From Paraphysomonas bandaiensis (taxonomy: Eukaryota > Protista > Chrysophyceae): 64,000 bases of DNA. How positions within the stretch are numbered: the stretch's first letter is position 1; every line of letters begins with the position of its first letter. Below, piece after piece: positions 1 through 12,800 of the stretch. Under the pieces are notes generated by a model. It was not told the DNA's origin and did no database searches. It saw nothing but the letters and a program-made list of their open reading frames with translations. The stretch is taken from the NCBI GenBank assembly GCA_965644295.1, contig CBFFRP010000429.1, positions 76,218 to 140,217 on the forward strand, read 5' to 3'. The translations under genes and the position numbers were made by a program.

Positions 1-43
1 GTATATCATGCATGCACTATGTTGTGTGATGGTATATGAGATG

Positions 44-974
44 CTGAATGTTGTCATGGTTTATTATGCTGTTGTAGGCGCAATGACGTTTATACTTACC
101 GGTGCAAGAGGGATGCCTAAGCGACACAAGCGCCCGGCTGCCCCTGTACCATCTTGCAGTGAATATGTGTCATGTTGTGTAAGGGTATGCAGTATGGCTG
201 TATGTGATAAGAATTCTGAACGGTGTGGAATAATAAAATGCTGAAGGCTGTGATGGTTTATTATGCTGTTGTAGGCGCAATGACGTTTATACTTACCGGT
301 GCAAGAGGGATGCCTAAGCGACACAAGCGCCCGGCTGCCCCTGTTCCATCTTGCAGTGAATATGTGTCATGTTGTGTAAGGGTATGCAGTATGGCTGTAT
401 GTGATAAGAATTCTGAACGGTGTGGAATAATAAAATGCTGAACGCTGTGATGGTTGATTATACTGTTGTATGCTCTGTAAATAATGATACGATGTATTCC
501 AATTACTAATGAATCATTAATTATAAGGGTACAGTATAAAAAGTTGATGGAGTGGTTATAAATGAATACATATAGGCATTCTACAGATTACTAACATCAG
601 ACTGTGTCGAATAATAAAATGCTGCACGCTGTAATGGTTGATTATACTGTTGTATGCTCTGTAAATAATGATACGATGTATTCCAATTACTAATGAATCA
701 TTAATTATAAGGGTACATTATAAAAAGTTGATGGAGTGGTTATAAATGAATACATATAGGCATTCTACAGATTACTAACATCAGACTGTGTCGAATAATA
801 AAATGCTGAACGCTGTAATGGTTGATTATACTGTTGTATGCTCTGTAAATAATGATACGATGTATTCCAATTACTAATGAATCATTAATTATAAGGGTAC
901 ATTATAAAAAGTTGATGGAGTGGTTATAAATGAATACATATATTGGCATTCTACAGATTACTAACATCAGACTG
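44..974. repeat. Composite tandem array: 2 x ~197-bp unit A, then ~3 x ~184-bp unit B, all sharing a ~45-bp core
   Basis: Units start at ~44, 241 (A) and 438, 622, 806 (B). The core GAATAATAAAATGCTGaAngCTGTrATGGTTkATTATrCTGTTGTA recurs at each junction. The array may extend left of the window. Confidence 0.9.
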
Positions 975-3194
975 AAGTTTCCTTTTCTTTGTCCTTGGAA
1001 TAATGTTACCATCACTGTCCCTTCGTGCACTCATTGCATCATATATACTGTTTATGTATTTCTTAGAGGCTTTTTTTTGGGGTGAAACTTGTCGTAATTT
1101 TCCTGACCAAATAAATCAACAATAACACGCAATTCAACCTTTTCAGCTATGCATTTTAAATTACTCTTCCATTCTCTGTACGAAGTAGACTGACTTGCCA
1201 TACAGGGTTTCGGCTCATCAAGAAAACGTTTCTCGTCATCGTACAATAGGCCGAGTCCTTTAGTCAATACTCGATTTAGTTTTTTCTGTTTGTTGACGTT
1301 GTCTACCATAGGGTATCTCTTTCCTACAATTTCATGTAATTCATAATCAAAATAGTCAATAATAACTGTTGATAAGCATAATTTTTCGAGAGTTTTATAT
1401 TGAATGAAGGATATATGGGGCATGCGCTGCATGTTAACTCTCATGTATTGAAAAACATTTGTCGTAGTAGTGGATGGACCTTTGGAAGGTCCTTCAGTAA
1501 TCGGAGGCAAGACTGTAGGCGATGTAGGTATCCGTGATACAGTCTCTGAAGTTGGTATAGTGGTATCCGTTGGAATATTTTTCAAGCCTTCTAGAATATC
1601 AGCCACAGCAGTGTCTAATTTCTTGTGCAGATCAGCTATTGCAATAGTTTGGGTGTCACACTTTCTATGAAGCTGTTGTATTTGGTCTCGAAGAATGCGA
1701 TTCTCCTGGTAAATTTCGTCTACATTTCTTGTGTCTACAAAATTAAGGCGAAGCCATTCCTCCTCAATCGCAGCACTCCATTGCATTATGTCATTCCAAG
1801 TGAAATGGTGGCGCATCATGTTGTGCTTGAATTTACAAACCACTGCATGTTGTGCCGTGTATTTAGAAACAAATGATGGTAACCTCATAAGGAATGTAGC
1901 AAACACAGAGAGTTTAAATTGAAATAGACAGCCATCAACCCCAAATTCTGGGTAAGTGAGTGGATAACATGTTTCGATTAACGCCATCACTTGTTCTCGG
2001 TTTCCATTGTTGATAAATACACACTCGGGTGGATATATCTTATTCCTGGGATTAGAGTAGCCACTTAAAATTTTTCCACCCACAGCAATAGTGACATCTA
2101 GTCCCATGATATACTCAAAAATGCTGCACTCTCCGGAGAAGTCCCATCCTCCACGCATAATCGCATGGAAGATGCCGCCTGACTGACTACTGGCTATGTC
2201 AGTTGCAGCCCCGACTCTAAGACCCTTGCCTGTTGTTTCCTTTGTAACTCCAGGTACCTTCCCGATCATTTGTTTTAGTAGCTTAGAAACAAATTGACTA
2301 GCGCTTGATGTAGTCAATGCTAGATCTGGAAAGACGAAGTCACCGTTGAGATCTGCTGCAGTACAGGACATCCAGTACATTGAATAAGCGAAGAAAACAC
2401 AAGTCTCTAGACAAGAGTAGTCGGGAAAAAAGTTCATTGTTTTGATAGAAGCCACCTTCAATTCTGTCCAATCAAACGTTAAGTATCCATCGCAGTGCCA
2501 CATTGCATTATTATACGAAGCAAACATTGCTTCAGACACCCGACCAACAGCAGCAAACGTGAAAACCAAATAGAGATTGTACAATGAATACTTCTTCACT
2601 TCTAAATAAAGTTTATTAGCATACAGTAAATCATAGATATGTGAAGTATGTCCACTTACCGGAGAAATCAGATGCCCGATGTATAATGTATTCACCTATG
2701 CGCTTCATTAGTTCTTTCCCCACTGGACTTGTTTTCTCTGATATACGCACTCCTTGTGCGATACACCGCTTGATAATATGCTTTGATACTGCCGCTCTCA
2801 CATCTTTGTACCACAGCTCATTGGAGCTGCTTAATAACTCATTTCTTTTAAATCGCTTCGTCAGCGCAGTCTTCGTGTCTGACAAATACTGCCAAGCAGT
2901 ACCTAGGGTCAAAGGCTTCTTCGTTGTTCCATGGACGGCGTGATCGATCAAAAAGCCACCGAAACATTGAAATAGTTCTACATTTATATCACTGTCTATG
3001 AGTTCCTTATACCTCTTCTTCCCGTCGAACCGCATCTCCAAGTACTTCGCAAACTGAGCTAACGCAGAGGAGTTACGATTTTTGGTTTCCCCATCACCGA
3101 CTTTTCTAATGCCCCCTGTGGTAGTTGATTCCGTGGTAGTTGATTCCGTGGTAGTTGATTCCGTGGTAGTTGATTCCGTGGTAGTTGATTCCAT
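951..3194 (-). mobile_element. Crypton-like DNA transposon tyrosine recombinase gene (one intron)
   Basis: ORFs 2631-3275 and 1052-2695 join in frame through a GTAAGT..TTTAG intron at 2602-2659 with a GCTAAT branch site. YR motifs: AVGRVSE (R), GKGLRVGAAT (HxxR-like), MRGGW, FEYI (Y). No RT is present. The C-terminus continues to a stop at 951 if one base is added in the T8 run at 1071-1078. Confidence 0.8.
3118..3192 (-). repeat. 15-bp coding minisatellite x5 encoding (ESTTT)5
   Basis: GTGGTAGTTGATTCC repeated five times at the recombinase N-terminus. Confidence 0.95.
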
Positions 3195-3822
3195 GCTACT
3201 ATGATATGTTCTCGCTGTTATTATGTTCTGTATGTATGATACCATGCTGTGATGAGAGAGCTCCTCCTTCAACACCCACCTCCCTGGATCTATTACTCAC
3301 CAGCAACACCATACATACCACTGGTCACTCATCATCACCACTTATATAGTTCCACACCATTATGGTGCGGGCTTGAGTACGGTACCTTCCACATTTTACA
3401 GAAAAGTGACAAGTGTCGAATCTAAAAGTCCGTTTCGAGAAAAGTGTTTTTCTTCTAGATATGACACAGTAAACTACACTGTATTCCAGTGTCATCTCAT
3501 TATACAGTCCACATATGCGGCATTCTCATACTTTATTCTGACCCATATCACACTGTATTCCTGTATTCCATTCAAGCAGTTGGCCCGTAACTGTATAGGT
3601 GCACCAGTGTGCACTGCCTGGTCCTGTGACTGTGATGGTCATTGCTATTGTTGCTTGTTATTGCTGCTGTTATTCCAAGAACTGGGCACTGTTCATTGTA
3701 CGAGATATTCTTCTAGTGCTATCTCGCTATTGGATTATATAAGCAAAGTTCTTGTATATACGCTCTGAAGTATTAGTGCGGTGCATGCTCTCTCTATTAT
3801 ATATTTGATAAATAGAACACTT

Positions 3823-6800
3823 ATGGCAGCACAGATGCTAAAAAGCAGACTGTATCTGCTCGTCTGTATTTTATGCCATGTTTATGTGCAGTCATCCCGT
3901 CAGAAAGCATCTGCATGTCAGAAACAATTGCCGTTATCGTTCACTGCCCAGCAACGATCTCATTTTTGTGCTGGTGTTGTTCATGAGAGTGGTGCAGTTC
4001 ACTGCGCAAATGATGCAAAATCTTCCCTAAAGATGAAGTACGACGAAATATATGAGTTGTGCCAGCATTCATCATCAGCTGCGCCTGTTGAATGTTACAA
4101 AAGTTTATCCCTTAAAGACAGGAAAAACCATGGTATATTACTATGTGGAAATGCAACGTCGTCTCTTCCATCAGCATGTTGGAGTGAATTGACTTCCCTT
4201 AAAGGAACCAACAAGTTGAGTGCGGATCTTATATTGCCATTTTGTAAGTCTATTCAAGATTCTGGCCCACTGCATTGTTTACATCACTCGACATCCCTTT
4301 CACTATTGTCATCCTCACTTGCACTGGATGCGTGTCTTTATGCAACTCTTCCAGATGAAGGCGATGACAAGAACTACCCCGAACAGTGCATGATTGATAT
4401 GAAGAAGAGCATTCAACCTTCACGTGGTATTACCGCATCTGATGTTGTTCAGTTCTGCTACGCAGTGACATCTTCAAGTACCTCGCCACAAGATTGTTTT
4501 CACGCCTTATCCGAATCTCCAGCCGCAGCTAAGGTCTCTCAATCAACCAGGTTAGCGCTGTGTTGGGACTCAGAATCACCAACTGGGCCTGGGGAGTGTC
4601 TGGAGGCAGTGGAGAAAGCTCGAAAAGAGGCAGCTACTGGAGTGATGGGTCTCACTGACGAAGGAGTGGTTGAGCTATGTTCTCATGCTCTGTCTGATGG
4701 ACCCGCGCGGTGCTTCATTGCAAGTCGCCATGTATCCTTCCCAAAAGCTTCATCTGGCGGAAAACAAATGGATGATATGTCCAATCGGCTGCAGCTCTGC
4801 CATGGAGCTCCTAATGACGGCCCTGCCAGATGCATGCGCCGCGCACTAGGAGCTTTCCGTGGAGGCGGGCAAGTGATTGGTGGTGGGCAATCCTCAATGT
4901 CCCCCGACGACATCACGTATTATTCAACGGCTCTTTGTGTAGGTGCCGAATCTGAAGGTCCTGCTGATTGTGCGTTAAAGGCCCCCGCATGGCTATCTCC
5001 AGACGAGCGGGTGCATTTATGTGGCGGAATTATTCACGCCAACAGGGCACAAGAACCTTTAAAGTGTCTGGAAACTATATCAAATTCTGTCATTGCGAAA
5101 AGACTTTCCAATAGTCCAAAGAAGTGTATGGGATACTTTCTCGGCAATATAGTCTCGGAATCAGAGAAGTACTCTCGATACCTACTCCTGCACATGTGTT
5201 CTTTTCTGGGTTCAGACTATCCCCTCGCTGCTGCGGAGTGTTTCCGAACCGCTCCTACAATTCTGGATCACGATACAGCTGTTACAGGTGTGTGTACTAA
5301 TCACACGTACTCCCCGGATTCACCTGAGGAGAATGATGAGAAAAGTGGTAGTGGGGGACTAAAGTATGATCCACAAGCCCTATCATCATGTGTGAAACTC
5401 CTTCCTGCAGACTGGAATGGTGAAGACCGGGCAGTGCTATGTGCGCGAGTAAACTCAACGCAAAAGGCAGAATCGGTTGTGAAGTGTGCCATCGACCTAC
5501 ATAAAACTACTAGACTGCTGAGTAAGCCTGAAGCTGCAGCTGTTTGTGCCGCTGCTGTGGATGAGAGCCCTGATGGTGAGGCTCTTCCTACACGTGTAGG
5601 CGGGCCAGGGACTGGGCGGAGGATATTGGGCGGTGTTGCAGCGTGTGTGAGACGTGCTATGAGCGATGTGACCTCATCTTCTGCTAGGCTTCCACCTGAC
5701 ATTGATCTGATCACTGAAGTATGTTCCAAGGCGCATATTGGGGAAGCTGGAACTTGTGTGGCATCATTTAGTACGAAAAGTAAACAAAATGTGCTGACAA
5801 GAGACGGACTACGAGAGTTTTGCTCTCATAAGGGCTCCCTAAGCAAAATGGGGTGTATCAAGCATTATCAAAAAGGAAAGTCTGGACCACTCTCTCTTGA
5901 GGAGGTACAAACTTGTCTACACACTGACCCTGTCGTCAACGACTTAAGGGTTGTTAAATTCTTAGCAGCTGATAATGGTATTGAAGCTGTTGCTGGAAAG
6001 TGGTTCTCTATGGAAATTCAGGTTACATATTACAATATTTGCTCATTTCTTCTGATACACTTACGTCTTTTCAATGTAGATGATTGACCAGTGGGGACAG
6101 AACATGGACGGGGTTAATGGGGTGCGCATTGTAGCATCCATAAATGAAAACAATGACCAGGGTGCGGTGTTGTGGGGTCTGCGATCCAACAGCAGTGTGG
6201 ACGGAAGGTTTTTTATTTCCTTGCTTATGCATACTGTTGGGTGTAACGGATATTTTACTGATGCAGAGTCACTCTAAGCCATTTGGTTGTGTCCCAGGCT
6301 GGACCTGTTGAGCTCAAGTTATCTTCAACTTCTTCTGGTGATATGACCGCCTCCAAAAGTATTCAGAGAGGGAGGACTCTGATGATAAGCAAGATGTATG
6401 TATACCCCAACCCCGTGATGAAGAAATCAGACAGGTGTTTGTTCGTGTTCACTGAACTAAACTGTCCAGTCACAACATCACCTGTGGATACTACTCAGTG
6501 GGAGACCACGTTTCCGAATGAAATCGGTAATACTCGTGGTAGTTGTAAAATTTGTAGGTGACTTCAGTTTACAGGAATTTTACCCGCACGAGTATATGGT
6601 GATCTCTTGATGTGTTTGGATGTGCTGGATATGTGGGCGGTTTCAGCTGAAGTATTACCATCAGGAGAAGGTCATATTAAGTACAGATATGGTGTAGACG
6701 CTGTGTGGACAGGCCGTGGTCTTCCTCGAGAAGAGATGTCTTACTTTGAGCGACTGGATCTGGAGGAGGGTAATTTGAATTTGAAGGACATTAGACGCGC

Positions 6801-7093
6801 CTATCATAAAAAGAGTCTTCAATGGCACCCGGTAGTTATATGCTATATATATTTATTTTCAGTTATATGAAGCCCGTATTGTTTCTACTTATCAATGTTT
6901 TAATGTTGCACAGGATCGATGGGCGGGCTTGACCAACAACGCAACAAGTATCAGTGGCGAGGTGTACGCTCTTGCCGTACAAGGCGCTTTCGAACTAATT
7001 GCCGAGGCATACAAGGGACTGAATGATGCCGCTGCTGTAATCGTAGAAGAAAAGAAGAATAGTGTTCCAAAAGATGAGAAAGTGTTTTATTAG
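3823..7093 (+). CDS. Predicted secreted cysteine-rich repeat protein with C-terminal DnaJ domain (multi-exon)
   Basis: Hydrophobic N-terminus and repeated LC..A..GPAxC units in ORF 3781-6087. J-domain DIRRAYHKKSLQWHP|DRW..AFELIAEAY, with HPD split by an intron after 6831. Stop at 7091-7093. Confidence 0.75.
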
Positions 7094-8699
7094 GTAGCTA
7101 GGTGGACGGGCTAGATGTAGCTAACAACTTTATGCATACTTGTAAATCAATCGTGACAATCTCTGTTATTTAATTTTGCACTCTATTGTACTGCTCTCGA
7201 TTTGAAGTTCAAACTATAATAAAGGAATATATCATCGGTATAGAGAACAAAGAACAACATATTGCAATAGTACGACTCAATCTTGGTTTGGATCATTCCT
7301 ATTCGATTGAAGTCGTCAGAGTACACAAAAATATATATACAATTTGATATTATTATGCGGAGAGTTACTGTTACACGAAATCAGCAAGTCTGCAAAAGTA
7401 TCTACGTATCTACCATGTGTACCATCGCTTCATAACCAGGACCAGGTAAACATATTTATTGCAACATATTTATTAATTATTATTGGTCTTTAAAATTGAA
7501 TTATAATTATTTATTGCTGGCACTATATTGTTATCGCCCCTGGCTCTGTTCATATTCATCGATATCAATTTATCTCCATGAACCCTTTAGAAGAATGATA
7601 TCGGATGCATGTTCAGGCGATATGTAATACTCTGCTTCTCGGTTCCTGCGACCTCCGCTTGTTCAGTACTGGTGGCAACACTTCGACCTCATTTCTTAAT
7701 AGATGAAGTATTACCACCATTACTGAATACTCGTTCCGTATCTATATTTAAATTTAATATGGAAGCTGTATCCATATTTACTTGATACTTTTCTTTTGAC
7801 TCCTGAAGTAGATAGCACTTTGCCGTTGACCAAATCACACCGTGTAAATGGGTGCGTTGTTTCTACAGCTTGAACATCCCTTACAGATACACGAGTGATA
7901 TCATCTGAGCATACGACTGTAATTTTAGCGAACTATGTCTACAATGCAACTATCTGAGATACATGCAGACCAGAGACCCTGTGGCACAACCCATAGAAGG
8001 ACAGGACCACCTTCAATGATAGTGAATACGATCATCATTTCATGTTAACCGTAGACTGGATGCACAGACACTGGCAGATCATCGCCATGAAGTGGCAGCT
8101 CACTGCTGCAATTAGATATAACTACACATCTCTGAGTCACTGTGATGCACTGCGCTATCTTCAGATGATGGTGAATTCATTGACGAACAAACGGGCTGAT
8201 TATAGTGAAGTCCTATCTATGCTGTTGCTATAACAGTGAATGATATCAGCCACCGGCACCATGGAGGAGGCAGTGGAGTTGTTTGGTGGGAGTTGAGATG
8301 AGAGGATCAGATCAGGCTCAGGCAGCCAGATCTGCTCTGCTGGTCGGATTTCCAACCGGCTTTGGCTGATCGAGCCGGTAGCCGTTAGACCGGCCGGCTA
8401 CGACTCCACCTCCACCAGCAGTATACGGTACTGTATACAGCAGGCGTCGAGTACAGCAGTGTATTATAGAGGAACGTTACAGCCAGCTCTACCTCCTCAT
8501 ATACATAGACATACACACACCACCCACTGACATGTGAACACTGGCAGATATATATATCAGACGAGTTCTTTGCATTGTTGGAACAGAATTCATCCTTCGT
8601 TGTATCTGGAGTCTCATTGAGCTCTGAGAGTTGCTTTGACAGCACAACCAGCAGACATACATACACACATCATCATACTGTTGCATACTGTAGTATAGG

Positions 8700-9206
8700 A
8701 TGCCGAAGGATAAAGATGAAATGCCGATACTGCAGAGAATAGATGTACATGAAGCACAGAGCATAAAAGAAATGTTTGATCTACTCGCTGTTGATAGGTC
8801 TGGACGGATATCGCAGCATCATGCACATAAACTTCTCATGGCTTTAGGCCTCGAGATGCACATTGAAAACCTTCCTATGCAGCTTACCCTCAAAGATTTA
8901 TTGCTGCATGCTGACTCTGTAGCACCCGAGGAAGGACCTGAAGGTGGTGCCAAAACTCTAAATTGTCTCATATCCCAAGACGGGGATGGTAGTCCGAGTG
9001 GGATCACGCCGGCAAAGGTTGTAGCATTTGCTAAGAAACTAAATCGCCCTCCTCCTTCTATGAGTGAGGCAACTGTATATGTTTCGACTTTAGTTGATTA
9101 TGATGATTGTGAAAGTGAACCTGAGGCGTCGCCTGCAGTGTTTCAAAAGGAAATTGTGAAGTTTTGTAAACTCCATGGCATTGATGCTGATGATGGGGAT
9201 CTCTGA
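8700..9206 (+). CDS. Small EF-hand-like protein
   Basis: IKEMFDLLAVDRSGRIS..KLLMALG resembles a degenerate calmodulin/centrin EF-hand. Intact 168-aa ORF. Confidence 0.55.
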   Translation: MPKDKDEMPILQRIDVHEAQSIKEMFDLLAVDRSGRISQHHAHKLLMALGLEMHIENLPMQLTLKDLLLHADSVAPEEGPEGGAKTLNCLISQDGDGSPSGITPAKVVAFAKKLNRPPPSMSEATVYVSTLVDYDDCESEPEASPAVFQKEIVKFCKLHGIDADDGDL

Positions 9207-9794
9207 TACAAATTGTAAATAATTCCAATATTTATTATATATAGTCAATTGGTAAAATATACCATGTTTATATTTATCGATAGTACCATTATACAGCACG
9301 TATAATGTTTGCTTGTGGAAATCGATCTGGTGTGGGTCATTCTTACGAATACAATGAAATTGTTTATTCTTTCGAATACTTCTGAGTACAACACATTAAA
9401 ATAATTTACTTATAGTAAATTAACTATTAGCTGCCCACAAGAGTATATATGTAGTATCCTAGTATATATTTAGTGTAAATTTCTCGACTAAAATGTAGTA
9501 GTCAACACTTAATCCTTAATCTATCCAAAATAGTTTTGGTGCAACACCACCAGACCACATAACCACTCGTTAAGGAGATGAATAGCATGAATTACGATTT
9601 TTGAAGTCAACAATAGCAGTAAGTGTGAAAGCTCTGTATGATATTTCTACATAATGTTCAATGACAATAATGCCTCTATTACTATGAGTATTACTGTATT
9701 CAGTAGTCATCGCTGGAACAACGTTAGTTTCCTACTCTGTGCTCTACATTACTCGAATCAACGAACTACATCAAAACAGGAACACATGATCCGG

Positions 9795-12194
9795 TTAAAT
9801 CCCTAAATCAGCAATTTCTTTTCTGATGTCTTCTTCTGTCGCGATTTTCCTGATCTGTTGTTAATGTTAGCCGTTGTCTAATTGATACACATCGCTTGCG
9901 CGACGAGTGGCATAGCTGAAACGCACATCACACAGAACAGAGCCTGTTTTACCTGCTCTGGTTTTAACTCCACGCCTGCATCTCTTTTGGCTTTCAACTC
10001 CTCCACCTGCTTCAGCTTCTTTTGAAGGTTCTTTTTCTTCTTGCTAGGATCAATTTCAACAGTCTCACTTTCCGCTGGCGGAGGGGGTGGTGGCACAGCA
10101 GCAGGTGCAGCCTGGGGTTTGGCCTTCTTTTTACTTCCCCCCTTACCTAATATATAGCATTATTTACATAACATTTGAAGTCATTCAGGAATGCACAATC
10201 ACGCACCAGCTGCCTTTGGTTGAGGTGGAGGGGCCCCGGGAATCGTCCGAACAGACGGTTTATAGGCCGGTGCTTTCTGTGTAGGCGCTGTCCCGTTGGC
10301 ACCAACCTTTCCTTTCGGACCTTGATGTTGCTCTCGCTTCAGCATATTCGATAAGCTTCCGGTAGAGCCAGGAGGTCTACAACATCACGACTTACTTCAA
10401 CTATACCATGCGGAAAGACACACCAGGAAATTTAGTTTCCACATACCTGTATGGAGCAGCGGCAACTGGTTTGGGCGCGGGAGTAGCCTGTGTTGAAGAA
10501 GCCCCAGCTCTAGAGGGAGAACGGCCTCTATCTGGGTAACGCTCGGTAGGGCAGGGCACCCACTGGGCGTCATAGAGACATCCTACCCTATATTATTCAT
10601 TTAATATCTTCACAACTGCAGAATGATTGAATACATACTTATAATCTACAACAGGGCCAACGCCGTTGTACTTGAACAACTTAAATCCGTTGTCAACGTT
10701 CATACGAGGTGTCAATGTACAGGTCATGAAGTATCTAGAGTCTGGGCTCCATCCCCAACCAATGGCACCGTGTGACGAAGCCGTGCCAATTTGACGTCGT
10801 TTACTACTCGTAATCTCATAGAAGTTCATATCCCCTACGATAGTAATAATGATACGGCAATTAGGATACGTTGGTCTCATTATAACATATACTACACCTC
10901 CAAGATTTCCAAATCCAGCAAGACACAGAAACCGACCATGTGGGGAGAAACTGATAACGTCCCTGTATAGTGCGCCGAATTCGTACACCGGTTCACCAGC
11001 AGGATTGAACATCGTCACGTGACAAGGCATTTTTCCTGCAGCCATTATAAAGCACGAACCGTCAGGCGACCACTGAACGGAGTAAACGTGTCCGTCCTTA
11101 GACTGAGGCACTGGACGGCTGACAGACCCATCTACGGAGACTATGAATAGGCCTGTAGCACCGTAGTAGGATCCACCGGAGGAATCTACATCACTGCAGG
11201 ACATATTAATTAAGCCCCGATACGTGTTCAAACAACAATACAAGGCCATCAGACACACCTCTGGGTTTGTATGAGCACTCTATCGCCTTCATTGGGTCTC
11301 CACAACATCTTGCACTCAGACGCGCTGAACAGCGTGCGACATATTCCAGTGTCTTCAAAAGACCAATTGGACCCGTCCTGTTGACTGTACCTGATATGTT
11401 GCATTAGTTTATGCGCTGGAAACGCATTCCGCAAGATATCAGCGCCTACCGGTATAATGAAACCTTTGCAGGTCCTCCTGATCCTTCTGGTGTAAATGCG
11501 GCTACAAATGGATGACTAGAATTTGGCGCAAGGCTGAACTGGGAAATGTTTTTGTGGTACACTTTACTAGCTCGCTCAAACGATCCATTGGCCCCACTGG
11601 GCAACAAAAGGTGGATTTCATTGGTGACTACCCGCATACAGCATGATTCATCAGCATTCCATTGAATTACACTTTTCTTAAGTACACGTTGATTGAAGCT
11701 GGCAACCATGGTGCACTGTCCGACATGCCACACTTGAAGATTGCCCACTGCGGGAGTTTCCTGCTGCTGCTGAGGCTGTTTCTTAGGACGACTCCAGGTG
11801 ACCACATAGGTTCCCAATGGGCTGAATTCAACATATTCTGCATCAACAACAGGAATACTAGCCCGTAGTTCCCCGGTAGCACTGCTCATTACACGTATTG
11901 GCGAACCAACAGCAGAGAGGATGCAGACCATACTCCCATCAGCTGAAAACATAGGCGACTGACGCATATCACTTCCCTCCAGTGACAGGACCTCATCATT
12001 CTCAACTCCAACAGTGACAGGTGTCTCAGAAGGGAAGATAATAGAGGGCGGGCCGTATAGGCTCTTAGTTCCCTAACAGACGTCAGTGTGAGACAGTTAG
12101 CTGTAATCACATCACACATCACCTCCTTAGTCCGAAGCAGTAATTTGGTTCGAGGAAAATCAATCCCTTCGAATCTTTTGTAGTGATCCTCCAT
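9795..12194 (-). CDS. EIF2A: Eukaryotic translation initiation factor 2A (multi-exon)
   Basis: SYYG, FSPHGRFLCLAGFGNLGG, WSPDSRYFMT..TPRMNVDNGFK, and C-terminal KKKNLQKKLKQVEELK across the exon ORFs. Confidence 0.92.
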
Positions 12195-12291
12195 GCTGCA
12201 GCTAGAGCGTTAATTATACTCCTCGTTGAAATGTCATGATCTGTCCACCCATAAACAACACCACAACCCCATACAATATACGCATGCATGG

Positions 12292-12462
12292 ATGTATGTA
12301 TGTATGTATGTATGTATGTATGTATGTATGTATGTATGTATGTATGTATGTATGTATGTATGTATGTATGTATGTATGTATGTATGTATGTATGTATGTA
12401 TGTGTGTATGTATGTATGTATGTATGTATGTATGTCTGTATGTATGTATGTATGTATGTATG

Positions 12463-12493
<31 letters not shown>

Positions 12494-12639
12494 TGTAGGT
12501 ATGTATGTATGTATGTATGTATGTATGTATGTATGTATGTATGTATGTATGTATGTATGTATGTATGTATGTATGTATGTATGTCTGTATGTATGTCTGT
12601 ATGTATGTATGTATGTATGTATGTATGTATGTATGTATG

Positions 12640-12670
<31 letters not shown>

Positions 12671-12717
12671 CGTATGTATGTATGTATGTATGTATGTATG
12701 TATGTATGATATGTATG
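12292..12717. repeat. (TATG)n microsatellite, ~430 bp
   Basis: Direct reading; near-perfect tetranucleotide run. Confidence 0.98.
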
Positions 12718-12800
12718 CAGGTACAGCGTGTTGGTTATATGGGTGTGGAGTGGGTCTGGTCATCGTTGTTATTATCTTCCACATCTCATAGCATCTGAGG

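Noticed and set aside
8-441. ORFs 8-244, 64-324 and 223-441
   Set aside because: By-products of the 197-bp tandem repeat; no recognisable protein features.
44-974. CRISPR array interpretation
   Set aside because: The spacers are long and themselves repeated, there are no cas genes, and the context is eukaryotic.
7380-8420. Possible decayed transposon with a GC-rich ACCGGCT..AGCCGGT hairpin near 8355-8380
   Set aside because: No TIR pair, TSD or recognisable coding relic could be established.
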